Assembly: GCA_002269645.1 (NCBI GenBank)
Contig: NIVC01004528.1
Location: 53,156 to 89,319, forward strand
Direction: 5' to 3'
Source of the DNA: Macrostomum lignano
Lineage: Eukaryota
DNA: 36,164 nt
The position numbers and the translations under genes are program-made. This document shows positions 23,211 to 35,531 of the stretch, in pieces (the stretch's first letter is position 1; each line of letters begins with the position of its first letter). Under the pieces are notes generated by a model. The model did not search any database and had not been told where the DNA came from. It saw nothing but the letters and a program-made list of their open reading frames with translations.

Positions 23211-23908
23211 CAAGTATAACTCTGGCCGTCAACTCTTCCGTCAACATTTCCGTTTACTATTCCATTTACTTTTCTGCCAAATATCTCATCACTTTTCCGT
23301 TAACTATTTCATCAACATTTGCAAGTCCATAAAATATTCTATCAAATTTTTTGTATACTCTGAATGGAAAGTGTTAATTTTTTTGCATAAGTGCAGTTTC
23401 CTTAGCAATTTTTTATACATGCTTTAAATTCGTTGAGTATACATGTACATGTATAAATTATAAAAAAAACACACGCAAGTCAGCGCGACATGTTCCAGAA
23501 TTTAATTGGTTTTGCTGCACTACCTGCACTACAACATCTGCACTTCTTCATTGATTTATCTTTGTGAAATAAAGCGTTGATACTAGGGAAAATGGAAAAG
23601 ATGCATGTTGTTACTAATGTAGGCTTGTTTTTTCATTGATATATAAGCATGCAAACACAATAAATGATCAAAGAGCTATTTGCATGATGATCCATTGATC
23701 CTATTCGAGAAAGTCAAATATGTTTTTTGAGAACAATAAATTGTTGACGGAAAATTTGACAGAATATTTGACAGAAAAGTTGACGGAAAAGTTAACGGAA
23801 AAGCTAACAGAAAAGCTGACAGAAAAGTTAACGGAAAATTTAATGGAAAAGTTAATGGAAAAGCTGACGGAAAAGTTGATGGAAAAGTTGACAGCCAAAG
23901 TTATACTC
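23211..23908. mobile_element. Foldback-type element with inverted arms built from 12-bp units (AAGTTGACGGAA)
   Basis: Termini CAAGTATAACTCTGGCCGTCAAC / reverse complement GAGTATAACTTTGGCTGTCAAC; 12-mer arrays in opposite orientation in the two arms; flanking direct repeat ATATATATGATA (23199-23210, 23909-23920). Confidence 0.65.
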
Positions 23909-25236
23909 ATATATATGATATTATTGATCTACAAAGTATTAAGATTGCCATTGGTATATATAGTTAGGCCTAGACACAAGTTTGACTAGGGCCTAGCGTA
24001 GGCCTAGCCAATAGCCAAATGCTAATGGCATAAGCCTATCTTAATTAGCTATATTATACTTTAAGTTATAGTAGGCTAAGGTATTCCTAGGCCCTATATG
24101 GTAAGAAATCTCACTATTAAGCCAACAAGTTGTCACAGTTCTTTTTCCTCTCTATTTATACATCACACTGATACCATCGGCATCAGCTATTATAGTATAT
24201 ATTTTTCTGTCCTCTATAATGATGTCATTACTGTTAGGCCCTACTAAAGTTGTAACAATGCTAATTCTTCAGCATTGTTACAGAGAAATGTTACAAATAG
24301 AGAACCACAAAGAAGGTTGAAGAAAGTTCCTTAGTTTTTGTCTTTTATTAATACTAACAAATCTTTCTCTCCATTGGCTAGTGTAACATTCATTTAAACA
24401 AAGACTTTACTAAAACAAATTAATTTGATTCACTAAAACAAAATTACTTTGTTAAAACAACTAGTGCATTTAAACAAATATATGTGTATACAATATTTTG
24501 GCGGGAATTTGATTTAGCACAGAATGGTGATTTTTTAATAATACAAAAAATTAATAATAGTAATTGCCAAAGTTAGGCAAAATAAAAATAATAGAATTCT
24601 TAGAACTCATAGAATTCTGAAAAATAAGAAATGATCTAATCTGTCCCAGGGCTCTTAATTATTCTTTTGCTAGCCGTATTAGCTGCCACCACAGTTGCAC
24701 AGTTTTATGTATTATGGAATGTAAAGGGTCTCAGAGCTTTCTTTGAGTTGAGAATTGGTCATTTTATGCCCCATGGGCAAATGATTCAAGATAGGCCATG
24801 GCTTATGTCAACAAAATAAATGTTTAAAGGTTTAAGTTGTCGATATTTATTATTGAAACAGATTATTAATAGCTTGAGCAGGTTATTTATAGATCAAAGT
24901 AAATTGCTACTGACAATTAATTTCACGGCCGCCAGTGCGCTAATAAAAACTTAAAATGAAGAAACTGATATGCTAATCTAACAGTAAGAAGACAAGAGCA
25001 AAAGAGCAAACAGAAGGGAGAGGGGGAGCGAAAGAGTATGCAGAAAATTAAACAGAGTGCAACTTATTTATAGTAGGACATATATATTAATTCTAGGCAT
25101 GGGGCCTGAACTTGCCAACACTGGGGCCACACAATGGCTATCCTGATTGCAGCGCATGGGAATTTTGGCGGACGGCGTCCGGCGCGGATCTAATACGGCG
25201 CGGCCAGTATGTTTGAGATCCAGCACGGTACAATCA

Positions 25237-25957
25237 TTCTTCCACAACGCGAGAACCTCCACTGCCGGCGGTGTACGTCTTTGCTTTGCAAATCTGCAGC
25301 TAGCGGCGGCGAAAAGCACCTTTGGCTGAGCAGGTGCATCCCAACAGTGACGACCTTAATTGATCCCGTCGTCGTGCAGCAGCTTCACCTCGTGGTAGAA
25401 TTTCGTGAAGCCGATTATAGGTGCCATCCTTCCACGTACAAATTGTTTGTTCGAATGGGTGGCTCTGCAACAAAATGCATGATCGAACATGCAAAGCAGC
25501 AAAAATAAAAAAAGGATCACAGTAAAAAATAAGCAAAAAGTCTACATATATTTTGCATTTAAAATGTGAAGGGGCCAGATACCATTACTGGCCCCCCTAC
25601 TTTAAAAAGTGGGGGGGGGTATGAGTATGACCCAAAAACTAACTGTCCCCCCTTTCCTACGCCTATATGCCCGAGGACCTGAGTCAATTGCGCTACAGAA
25701 GTGAAATTTACACCCACACGCAATTGCATTGCTGTTGGGAAACTCCTGGCGATCACCGCGCCTTCTTGATAAAATTTTCGAATCAGAAGTGGACTACGCA
25801 GCTGGGCTGGGTTGAAGAAGTGCGGCGGGAGCTCCTTCAGCTTCAGCTTCTATGCAGAGCGCGTCTGCAGCACTTTGTCTTGCGCCGCGACATGAATACG
25901 AAGTCTAACGGCACCTTCTTGATGTTGTTCTTGCGCCTGGAGATGAAGACGTGGATG
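25237..25957 (-). pseudogene. MULE transposase remnant (duplicate copy)
   Basis: Copy of 20240-20960. Confidence 0.7.
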
Positions 25958-26246
25958 CATGCCTATAGCAGCTATGTAGACGCTTCGATGCAAGATTTGA
26001 AATGTTAAAATGCTTGAAATGTATACACAGCGTGACTGCTCCAGTAGCCTCATCAACATTATTCCTGCAGTGGAAAAAACGATGTGGCGGCAACTCTCGC
26101 CGAAACCTCAAGGATTCCAGCGAACCTGACTGCTACAAGAAATCAAGAAAAAGGCTAGAAACAAACTTACGAAGATCTGAGAGAATAATAATCAATCCTT
26201 GATACCAAAAAATTAGCAAATTCCTCATCATCTGCCAGGCATCAAG

Positions 26247-27338
<1,092 letters not shown>

Positions 27339-28207
27339 GGCATAAAGCTAGAGGGTGCGTTATTTAACGTTTATCTCTGATAAGTCGTGAGGCGGACTTC
27401 ATAGCCTCCACCCTAATAAATAGGTGAAGCGGAGGAAGATTAAGGATAGTGTTCAGCCCCTCGTAAGGGGTAGACGGGTACGCACCTGTGATGGCGCAAA
27501 AAATGCTGCCCTGCATCTGGTACAGGCGCTAACAGGCGGTCTTCTGCTCCAGTACGCTAATCCAAATGAGACTCGCGTATGTGATGCTGGGGAGGCATCA
27601 ACTTATGTCAGTACAACGTTCAGACACGATTAAACTAGCTTCCCGTACCCCCTTGAGCTTGAGCTCGGCAGTCTGTCTGCCAGGCCTGTTTTCCGAAACA
27701 CACGAAAGACGAAAAACTCCCGATGCTTATCGAGCCGTAATCATGGCCGTAAAATGCTTATTACCGTGTGGCGTAATACGGGTAGAATCCCATTTTCTAT
27801 GAGAGAGTTATATCGCGCATTGCGCAGCAAAGTGCAAAGGTTTAACTATAAAAATATTTCGTCTCTTTATCCAATATCTAACTATACTAAAATGTTATCG
27901 ACTATAAATATATAGATAACACCTAGACTCTCCAGACTAGTAGGCAAGGCATAGGTGGTTTTGAGATTTGATCCCCAACAACATCCGTCATCAGTCGAAA
28001 GTTCCACCCACTAAGCAAAGCAAAGGCAAAGATACTTTTATTCACAATCACATTTTACTGTGTATTTTAAATGAAAAGTTGTACAACAACAGGTGGAACT
28101 TTTTGTCTATTGCTAAGTTGCCTGAGTAGGCTATAGAAATAATATATATATATTTTTGGTATGTAATAATATAAATAGTCCTTAAGTTAAAGTCTATATA
28201 TATGATA

Positions 28208-28904
28208 CAAGTATAACTCTGGCCGTCAACTCTTCCGTCAACATTTCCGTTTACTATTCCATTTACTTTTCTGCCAAATATCTCATCACTTTTCCGTTAA
28301 CTATTTCATCAACATTTGCAAGTCCATAAAATATTCTATCAAATTTTTTGTATACTCTGAATGGAAAGTGTTAATTTTTTGCATAAGTGCAGTTTCCTTA
28401 GCAATTTTTTATACATGCTTTAAATTCGTTGAGTATACATGTACATGTATAAATTATAAAAAAAACACACGCAAGTCAGCGCGACATGTTCCAGAATTTA
28501 ATTGGTTTTGCTGCACTACCTGCACTACAACATCTGCACTTCTTCATTGATTTATCTTTGTGAAATAAAGCGTTGATACTAGGGAAAATGGAAAAGATGC
28601 ATGTTGTTACTAATGTAGGCTTGTTTTTTCATTGATATATAAGCATGCAAACACAATAAATGATCAAAGAGCTATTTGCATGATGATCCATTGATCCTAT
28701 TCGAGAAAGTCAAATATGTTTTTTGAGAACAATAAATTGTTGACGGAAAATTTGACAGAATATTTGACAGAAAAGTTGACGGAAAAGTTAACGGAAAAGC
28801 TAACAGAAAAGCTGACAGAAAAGTTAACGGAAAATTTAATGGAAAAGTTAATGGAAAAGCTGACGGAAAAGTTGATGGAAAAGTTGACAGCCAAAGTTAT
28901 ACTC
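28208..28904. mobile_element. Foldback-type element (duplicate copy)
   Basis: Copy of 23211-23908. Confidence 0.65.
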
Positions 28905-30137
28905 ATATATATGATATTATTGATCTACAAAGTATTAAGATTGCCATTGGTATATATAGTTAGGCCTAGACACAAGTTTGACTAGGGCCTAGCGTAGGCC
29001 TAGCCAATAGCCAAATGCTAATGGCATAAGCCTATCTTAATTAGCTATATTATACTTTAAGTTATAGTAGGCTAAGGTATTCCTAGGCCCTATATGGTAA
29101 GAAATCTCACTATTAAGCCAACAAGTTGTCACAGTTCTTTTTCCTCTCTATTTATACATCACACTGATACCATCGGCATCAGCTATTATAGTATATATTT
29201 TTCTGTCCTCTATAATGATGTCATTACTGTTAGGCCCTACTAAAGTTGTAACAATGCTAATTCTTCAGCATTGTTACAGAGAAATGTTACAAATAGAGAA
29301 CCACAAAGAAGGTTGAAGAAAGTTCCTTAGTTTTTGTCTTTTATTAATACTAACAAATCTTTCTCTCCATTGGCTAGTGTAACATTCATTTAAACAAAGA
29401 CTTTACTAAAACAAATTAATTTGATTCACTAAAACAAAATTACTTTGTTAAAACAACTAGTGCATTTAAACAAATATATGTGTATACAATATTTTGGCGG
29501 GAATTTGATTTAGCACAGAATGGTGATTTTTTAATAATACAAAAAATTAATAATAGTAATTGCCAAAGTTAGGCAAAATAAAAATAATAGAATTCTTAGA
29601 ACTCATAGAATTCTGAAAAATAAGAAATGATCTAATCTGTCCCAGGGCTCTTAATTATTCTTTTGCTAGCCGTATTAGCTGCCACCACAGTTGCACAGTT
29701 TTATGTATTATGGAATGTAAAGGGTCTCAGAGCTTTCTTTGAGTTGAGAATTGGTCATTTTATGCCCCATGGGCAAATGATTCAAGATAGGCCATGGCTT
29801 ATGTCAACAAAATAAATGTTTAAAGGTTTAAGTTGTCGATATTTATTATTGAAACAGATTATTAATAGCTTGAGCAGGTTATTTATAGATCAAAGTAAAT
29901 TGCTACTGACAATTAATTTCACGGCCGCCAGTGCGCTAATAAAAACTTAAAATGAAGAAACTGATATGCTAATCTAACAGTAAGAAGACAAGAGCAAAAG
30001 AGCAAACAGAAGGGAGAGGGGGAGCGAAAGAGTATGCAGAAAATTAAACAGAGTGCAACTTATTTATAGTAGGACATATATATTAATTCTAGGCATGGGG
30101 CCTGAACTTGCCAACACTGGGGCCACACAATGGCTAT

Positions 30138-30395
30138 CCTGATTGCAGCGCATGGGAATTTTGGCGGACGGCGTCCGGCGCGGATCTAATACGGCGCGGC
30201 GCGGCACGGCGCGCGCGATTAGTATGGCGCAGCGCGGTACTAATTAGATGCCGAGGCATTTAGGCTTGATAAGACAGTCATAGTTACTCCTGCCGTTTAT
30301 TTTGCTTTAGGGTTTCTTTCACAGGTAAGTCATTTCACAGCGTGGCGCAGGTTGTGTAGGCGTCTGTTGTACTTAAGCCATGCGCTGCAATAGGG
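30138..30395. mobile_element. 258-bp MITE (8-bp TSD) carrying the same 28S rRNA-derived cassette; family B
   Basis: TIR CCTGATTGCAGCGCATGG / reverse complement CCCTATTGCAGCGCATGG; perfect TSD ATGGCTAT (30130-30137, 30396-30403). Confidence 0.88.
30232..30299 (-). pseudogene. 28S rRNA fragment (helix 69-70 region), diverged
   Basis: Reverse complement TAAACGGCAGGAGTAACTATGACTGTCTTATCAAGCCTAAATGCCTCGGCATCTAATTAGTACCGCGC; by hand alignment, 59 of ~69 columns match canonical eukaryotic 28S. Confidence 0.9.
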
Positions 30396-30627
30396 ATGGC
30401 TATTGAGTAAAAACTGACTGAAAACATGCAGAAAATGATTAAAAACAACTAATGAAAATGCATTGGGCTAGAAATTGGGAAAATAAGTTTCAACAAATGG
30501 TCTATACTTGGGGCCAACAGAGAGAAAGGTGAGGTCATTGAACTACAGATGGCCGCATAGACATAGGTTGGCACTCATGCAAGAAAATATTGGCATGCAT
30601 TTGAATAACTATTAAAATAAAAATTAA

Positions 30628-31365
30628 TTAACTGTGGCAACCCCACTGCCACATGCACTGGGGCGCACTCAAATGGAAATTGTTAAAACAAAACCTTGTT
30701 TTCGCTTTTAGATTAGTGGCCTTGGCTGGTTGAAACTCAACCTCCACGGCCAGACGGGCAGCCGTCGCTGGAAGTGCCACCTCCGTGCTGCAGGTGGGCG
30801 GGCTCTCGGTTGGCTTTGGCCCGCGATTGCTGCTGGGCAGGTTCAGCGGTTGGGGGTGAGCTAGCTGGGGGCCACCCGAGCACATACATGCGCCCTTCCT
30901 CGTACAGCAGCTACTCCGGGCTTTTAAGATGGCAGAGTCCCAGAATGCGCAAAGTCGGGGCCGCCAGCCATCCTGGAGATGGCCAGCCTCCAGGTAGGAT
31001 AGCGCCAACAGCAAGGCCAGAGCTGGCTGAGGGTGTCCAGGCTGTTGCCGCAAGCAGTCCTCGGCGCACTCTAGCAGGCGCTCTAGGATGTCAAGCATGG
31101 ACTTAGGAGGCATGAGGCCACACAATGCCCTCCAAGGGGCGTCCAATTGCACACAACTTTTTTGGGTGGCCTGCAAATAGGCGTCATTCAACGCCTCTTC
31201 CAAACAGATTCTGGCAGGACTCATGCCATCCGCAGTGGCTGTGATAGCCTGAATCGTCATGGCGGACTGCGCATCAAGCCACGGGGCCTGGTTCAGGGCG
31301 GTCGCCAAGCTGGGCGTCACAGTGAGCGTGGTCTTGCTCGTCGACGTCTCTGGGCACGGCGCCAT
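30628..31365 (-). CDS. Unassigned 245-aa ORF (possibly TE ORF1/gag-like or a lineage-specific gene fragment)
   Basis: GC-rich, non-repetitive ORF with an ATG in AT-rich surroundings; no family motif recognised. Confidence 0.35.
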   Translation of the reverse strand: MAPCPETSTSKTTLTVTPSLATALNQAPWLDAQSAMTIQAITATADGMSPARICLEEALNDAYLQATQKSCVQLDAPWRALCGLMPPKSMLDILERLLECAEDCLRQQPGHPQPALALLLALSYLEAGHLQDGWRPRLCAFWDSAILKARSSCCTRKGACMCSGGPQLAHPQPLNLPSSNRGPKPTESPPTCSTEVALPATAARLAVEVEFQPAKATNLKAKTRFCFNNFHLSAPQCMWQWGCHS

Positions 31366-32027
31366 TGGTCATGACACAAACCAACAGGTTTTACAGATTG
31401 AATTTGTCAAAACTTGTCGGAGATTAACAATAATAGAAAATGATAACTTGACAGAGCAGAATTAGCTATAATATTGTGGAATAAAACCAATTGATGACAA
31501 ACAAGAGAAAGTGGCCTTTAAATAGTTAGGCTCAAAACCAACCATTGAATAAAAGGCAGAAAAGGCACCAACTGTGGGAGCGGGTTGATGCTTCCTCATG
31601 CACTCTATGGTGGCCTGCAAAAAATGGGGTGGGTGCATGAAATCAAGGAGTAATAAACAGATAACTGCACGGCGGGGGTCGAGAACAAATGAATCAGATG
31701 GGGGCGCCTTAAACGGCTCACATTAAACAGATTGGCAGTTAAACAAACTGTATATCGCATAGCAAAGTTAAAATAGCATAATAGAATAATAGAAGGTTAG
31801 CGACCAGTATAACAGGTGTGGGGCTTCATAAGTTACAATGCACAGGTGTTAACAAATTGCACAGGGGAAGAGGAGCCAAACTGGCAGCTCTCACGAGTTC
31901 CCTGGCTTGAGCAAAATTCAAGAAAGAGCAGGGGGGCAGTCAAGTCCTCGAATGCTCTCCACTGTGGACAAGGCCTAGATCTGGGGTGCTTGACCTGAGT
32001 GGGGCATAGTCTGCTTGGCCCCAAGAC

Positions 32028-32322
32028 CATACATGTGCAACCTCCAAAATTCAGTCGCCGTGTGACTTAGTTTTAACAAAGATGCGACGTGGTCTTTTGC
32101 CAAAAATGCGACTTACATATAAAAGAAACCTAAAGCAAAATTAACACAACTTTGGATAAACGGCAGGAGTAACTATGACTGTCTTATCAAGGCAAAATGC
32201 CTCATCATCTACTTAGTACTACTTTTGTATTTATTCGGTGAACATTTTTTGCGACTTACATTGGTTGGACGCCAAATCAATCAGCCGGATCGGCCAACTC
32301 GGCCAACTGTTGCACATGTATG
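32028..32322. mobile_element. 295-bp MITE family A (28S cassette), opposite orientation to 8026-8321
   Basis: Perfect TIR CATACATGTGCAAC; TSD CCCAAGAC / CCCGAGAC; full-length similarity to 8026-8321. Confidence 0.9.
32154..32217 (+). pseudogene. 28S rRNA fragment (helix 69-70 region), diverged
   Basis: GGATAAACGGCAGGAGTAACTATGACTGTCTTATCAAGGCAAAATGCCTCATCATCTACTTAGT. Confidence 0.88.
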
Positions 32323-32716
32323 CCCGAGACAATGGGCTCACAAAATAGCAGAGAGGGGGACCTTAGGTTTAAACAACTAGATTTTACAATTTAGTTAGCT
32401 GCTTTTCTCCTGAAAGCATAAGGTGAAAATGGGATACTTCTGCACTTTAAGCGCGTGTAAAGAAGTTCACATGAAATGGGGATTCAACTAATGAATGCAA
32501 TTACACAATGATTTCATATGGTATCGCATTGACTAAATAATTTGCATGGGTTAAATAATCGTTGTGTTGAATAAATATGATCGCATTGGTACAAGCTTTT
32601 TCCAGAAAGCCTAAGGATAAATAGAGAGTGCAAGAGTGCTAAATTAATGAAATGCATAGGATAAATAGCAAATCGTGCACTTTACATGAGCACTGAAACT
32701 GTTCAGAATGTACCCT

Positions 32717-33070
32717 GCTTTTAGCTGGAAAGCATAAGGAATGGCAAAATTAACAGCTGCTTTTATCCCTCAAGCATAAGGAAAGTACATTGAAATGGAA
32801 ATTGCTTTTATCCCTCAAGCATAAGGGAAGTACATTGAAGTTGAAATTGCTTTTATCCCTCAAGCATAAGGAAAGTATATTGAAATTGAAATTGCTTTTA
32901 TCCCTCAAGCATAAGGAAAGTACATTGAATTGAAATTGCTTTTATCCCTCAAGCATAAGGAAAATACATTGAAATTGAAATTGACGCCTGCTTTTATCTG
33001 GAAAGCATAAGGAAAAGTACATTGAAATTGAAATTGACGCCTGCTTTTATTCGGAAAGCATAAGGAAAAG
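32717..33070. repeat. 45-bp tandem array GCTTTTATCCCTCAAGCATAAGGAAAGTACATTGAAATTGAAATT
   Basis: TTTTA anchors at 32761, 32806, 32851, 32896 and 32940, followed by two ~51-bp variants. Confidence 0.93.
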
Positions 33071-33563
33071 AGAAATTTAAATGGAAAAATTAAAACCAGC
33101 TTTTAGCACAGAGCAGGTGCAGAGAAAGCTTACAGCAAAATTAAAAGCGGAATGTGTTCACAAATTGGACTACTACTAGTAATGCGCATCAAAAGTTAGC
33201 AACTTGGCGCAACAGAAAATTCATTGGTAAATACCTTTAAATCTCAAGCTCCATGCCAATGTCAGGCAGATCCGGGTCGCCCTCAGGCAGCACTTCTGGA
33301 TGGCGCAGGCTCAGCTCAAACAAATGGCTGTCACGCAGGTTAGGCTGAGCTTTGTCAGGGCAACATTGGCCACTCTGTCTGGCGCGGCGGCTCCTGCAGT
33401 TGATTTGCCATTATCTGTGGCACCTTAATTATGTTGTTGCGATGTACCAAAATTTTGGCGGGGCGTCCTCATTGGGCAGTTGCTGGCTGGATCCAATAGG
33501 CTACTTCGCCGACCTTTCTGTTAACTTTGTACAAGTGTAACAGGGCTGATTTTTCCTTCAATT

Positions 33564-33644
33564 ATCCCACTATTGCCACCAAAGTTGTTGCAGACCTTTT
33601 GGCTCTCTATGAAAATTCCACCGTTATGCCACCAAATTGTTACA
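33564..33644 (-). other. Two tandem LTR-end plus tRNA-Leu primer-binding-site-like motifs
   Basis: Reverse complements TGTAACA-ATT-TGGTGGCATAACGGTGGAAT and TGCAACA-ACTT-TGGTGGCAATAGTGGGAT, compared with the Leu PBS TGGTGGCAGCGGTGGGAT. Confidence 0.35.
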
Positions 33645-34289
33645 GGGGCTGACTCTTTCTTCTTAATATCTCACTAATTCTACTACTGACACTAAATCTT
33701 GCCTTAATGTTTCTAACTGTTTCTTAGAATTTCATTTGGATTTTCTGGTAGCGTTTTCTGTATTAGTCTGGTAGTGTCTGATGTATTAGTCTGGTAGCGT
33801 CTTATGTATGGCCTGAGTGGTCTAGTACTGGTACATGAACTTATTATATTGTCCTAGTCGGGCGTTCACCGGGATTAGAGGGTCACAGCACAACTCTCTG
33901 AATTTCCCTTTGTAATATTTTCCCAATCCCTTCTCTTAGTAAGTTTCTGAGCACTGTCACTCCCTTTTTCCTTAAAATAACTAACTCAACAAGATTTCAA
34001 AGTTTATCTGAGAATATAGAACAAACCAATATTATAGTGCACGAATATTTCGAGAGCAAGAAAAGGTTACTTTTATTTGGCAAAATCACTCTTATATATA
34101 CTGTTTTAGACGGCTATGTTTATAACAAAAATATTTATCGATAATATTTTGCATAGTAAAACAAATGCTAAAATTAGTTTCTAGTTTGCACGCAAATTTA
34201 ACATGGTGATTTATAACATGGTTTAAAAATTGGCTAATTTACATGTATGAATCGTAATAGGCATTTTATTAGGCACAAAGAATAGTAAA

Positions 34290-35531
34290 GGTAATTAACA
34301 GAAACATACACTAGCACACAAGCTTTTGTATGGCTGGTGAAACTTCGGCAGCTCGCCAAACTCAAGCTTTAGGTTGGCCAGGCAGACCAGGTCTCTGGGC
34401 TGCAGTTCCATGGGCTTGGGTTGGTTCTCATAGTATTCTTCGCGGCATTGGATCTCGGCTCGCAATCGCTGTCGCACAATTCTCTTGGTCTCGGCCAGTC
34501 TGCGCTGATGCTTTGCAATGTACTCAGGCAGGTACGAAGGCAGTCAGATATTGATCCTCTGGATGCAGTGGAATCTAATAATAGCCGCTATTGAGGTTGA
34601 ACGTGCTGAATAGCTTTCTTCCTTCGAGGCTGGCGAATGCTTCTTGGATATTAGAAATCGGGTATGGAAAGTACTCACACTTTTGGTTCAGACTCCTGAA
34701 ATCTTGTACAATTCTTAGGCTGCTGTCCTTCTTCGGGATGATCACCAGCGGGTGTTATAGCTGGAGAAGCTTGGTCGAATCAGGTCTTTGGCAAGCAGAT
34801 CCTCAAGTAGCTGGTCCACCTTAGGCAGTAGATGCGGCGGAATCCGCCAGGTCGGCAGATGTATAGGATCCTTGTCCTTCAATACGATGTTGTGGGTGAC
34901 CAGGTAGGTTCGGCCAAGATCATGTGGCCCCTGCGAGAAGATGGTCTTGTACTTCTTCAATAGCTCAATGACTTGAGCGTGCTAGTCATTGGACAAGTCC
35001 TCGCCAATGTCAATCTCCTTGATCCAAGCGTTAGGATCTTTGTCTTGGACTTGATTGACTGAGGCTTCTAGCTTAGGCAGCAGAAAGAATTGTAACTTGG
35101 GCAGTCTGATTGGTCTAGCAATCCCGACTAGGGCATTCACTCATACTTTGATTAATGTTGTTCCTCGATTAATCATCTCGATAGCACCTTCTCCATTAGC
35201 CATAGATATTAGTGCAGGCGTGGCATCCAGATGCTGCACATCTTCTTTTCACCAAGCCGGTTTTAACGGCTCAATCACCGCAAGTGTACCCTGGTTTTCT
35301 TCTTGTCCTTTAGCTAGCTTAATTTTTATTCGGGCTGATGATAGTGGTGGCACAGTAGTGCAGTGCTCTCGGCTATATAAATTCTGCACGTGGTAGCCTC
35401 AGTTTGTGTGTAGCAAAGTGTACCGCCGGTGCAGGCACTCATCAGCATGATGCTTGCGGTTGCACCTGTAGCACATTGCACTTTGTTGCCGCAGCTGGTA
35501 AGGCAGCAGCCTTAAACTCTGCTGCTGCTGC
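34290..35531 (-). mobile_element. Degenerate, internally deleted Ty3/Gypsy LTR retrotransposon interior
   Basis: Gag knuckle CYRCNRKHHADEC (~35435-35473); RT start DLGRTYLVTHNI...PLVIIPKKDSSLRIVQDFRSLN...FSTFNLNSGYY*IPL; then a jump to the post-integrase region EEYYENQPKPMELQPRDLVCL...PKFHQPYK. Confidence 0.88.

Noticed and set aside
23701-23989. TEKLTEKL / FSVNFSVN ORFs (and the copy at 28697-28985)
   Set aside because: Translation of the 12-bp units of the foldback arm.
30301-30330. TTTAG|...CAG|GTAAGT microexon or SL-RNA-like donor inside the family B MITE
   Set aside because: The donor is not preserved in the other two copies (CATGTAAGT / TATGTAAGT), and no SL exon or Sm site was recognised.
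32717-33070. Possible CRISPR array (partially palindromic repeat with regular spacing)
   Set aside because: The spacers are identical rather than unique, there are no cas genes, and the context is eukaryotic.
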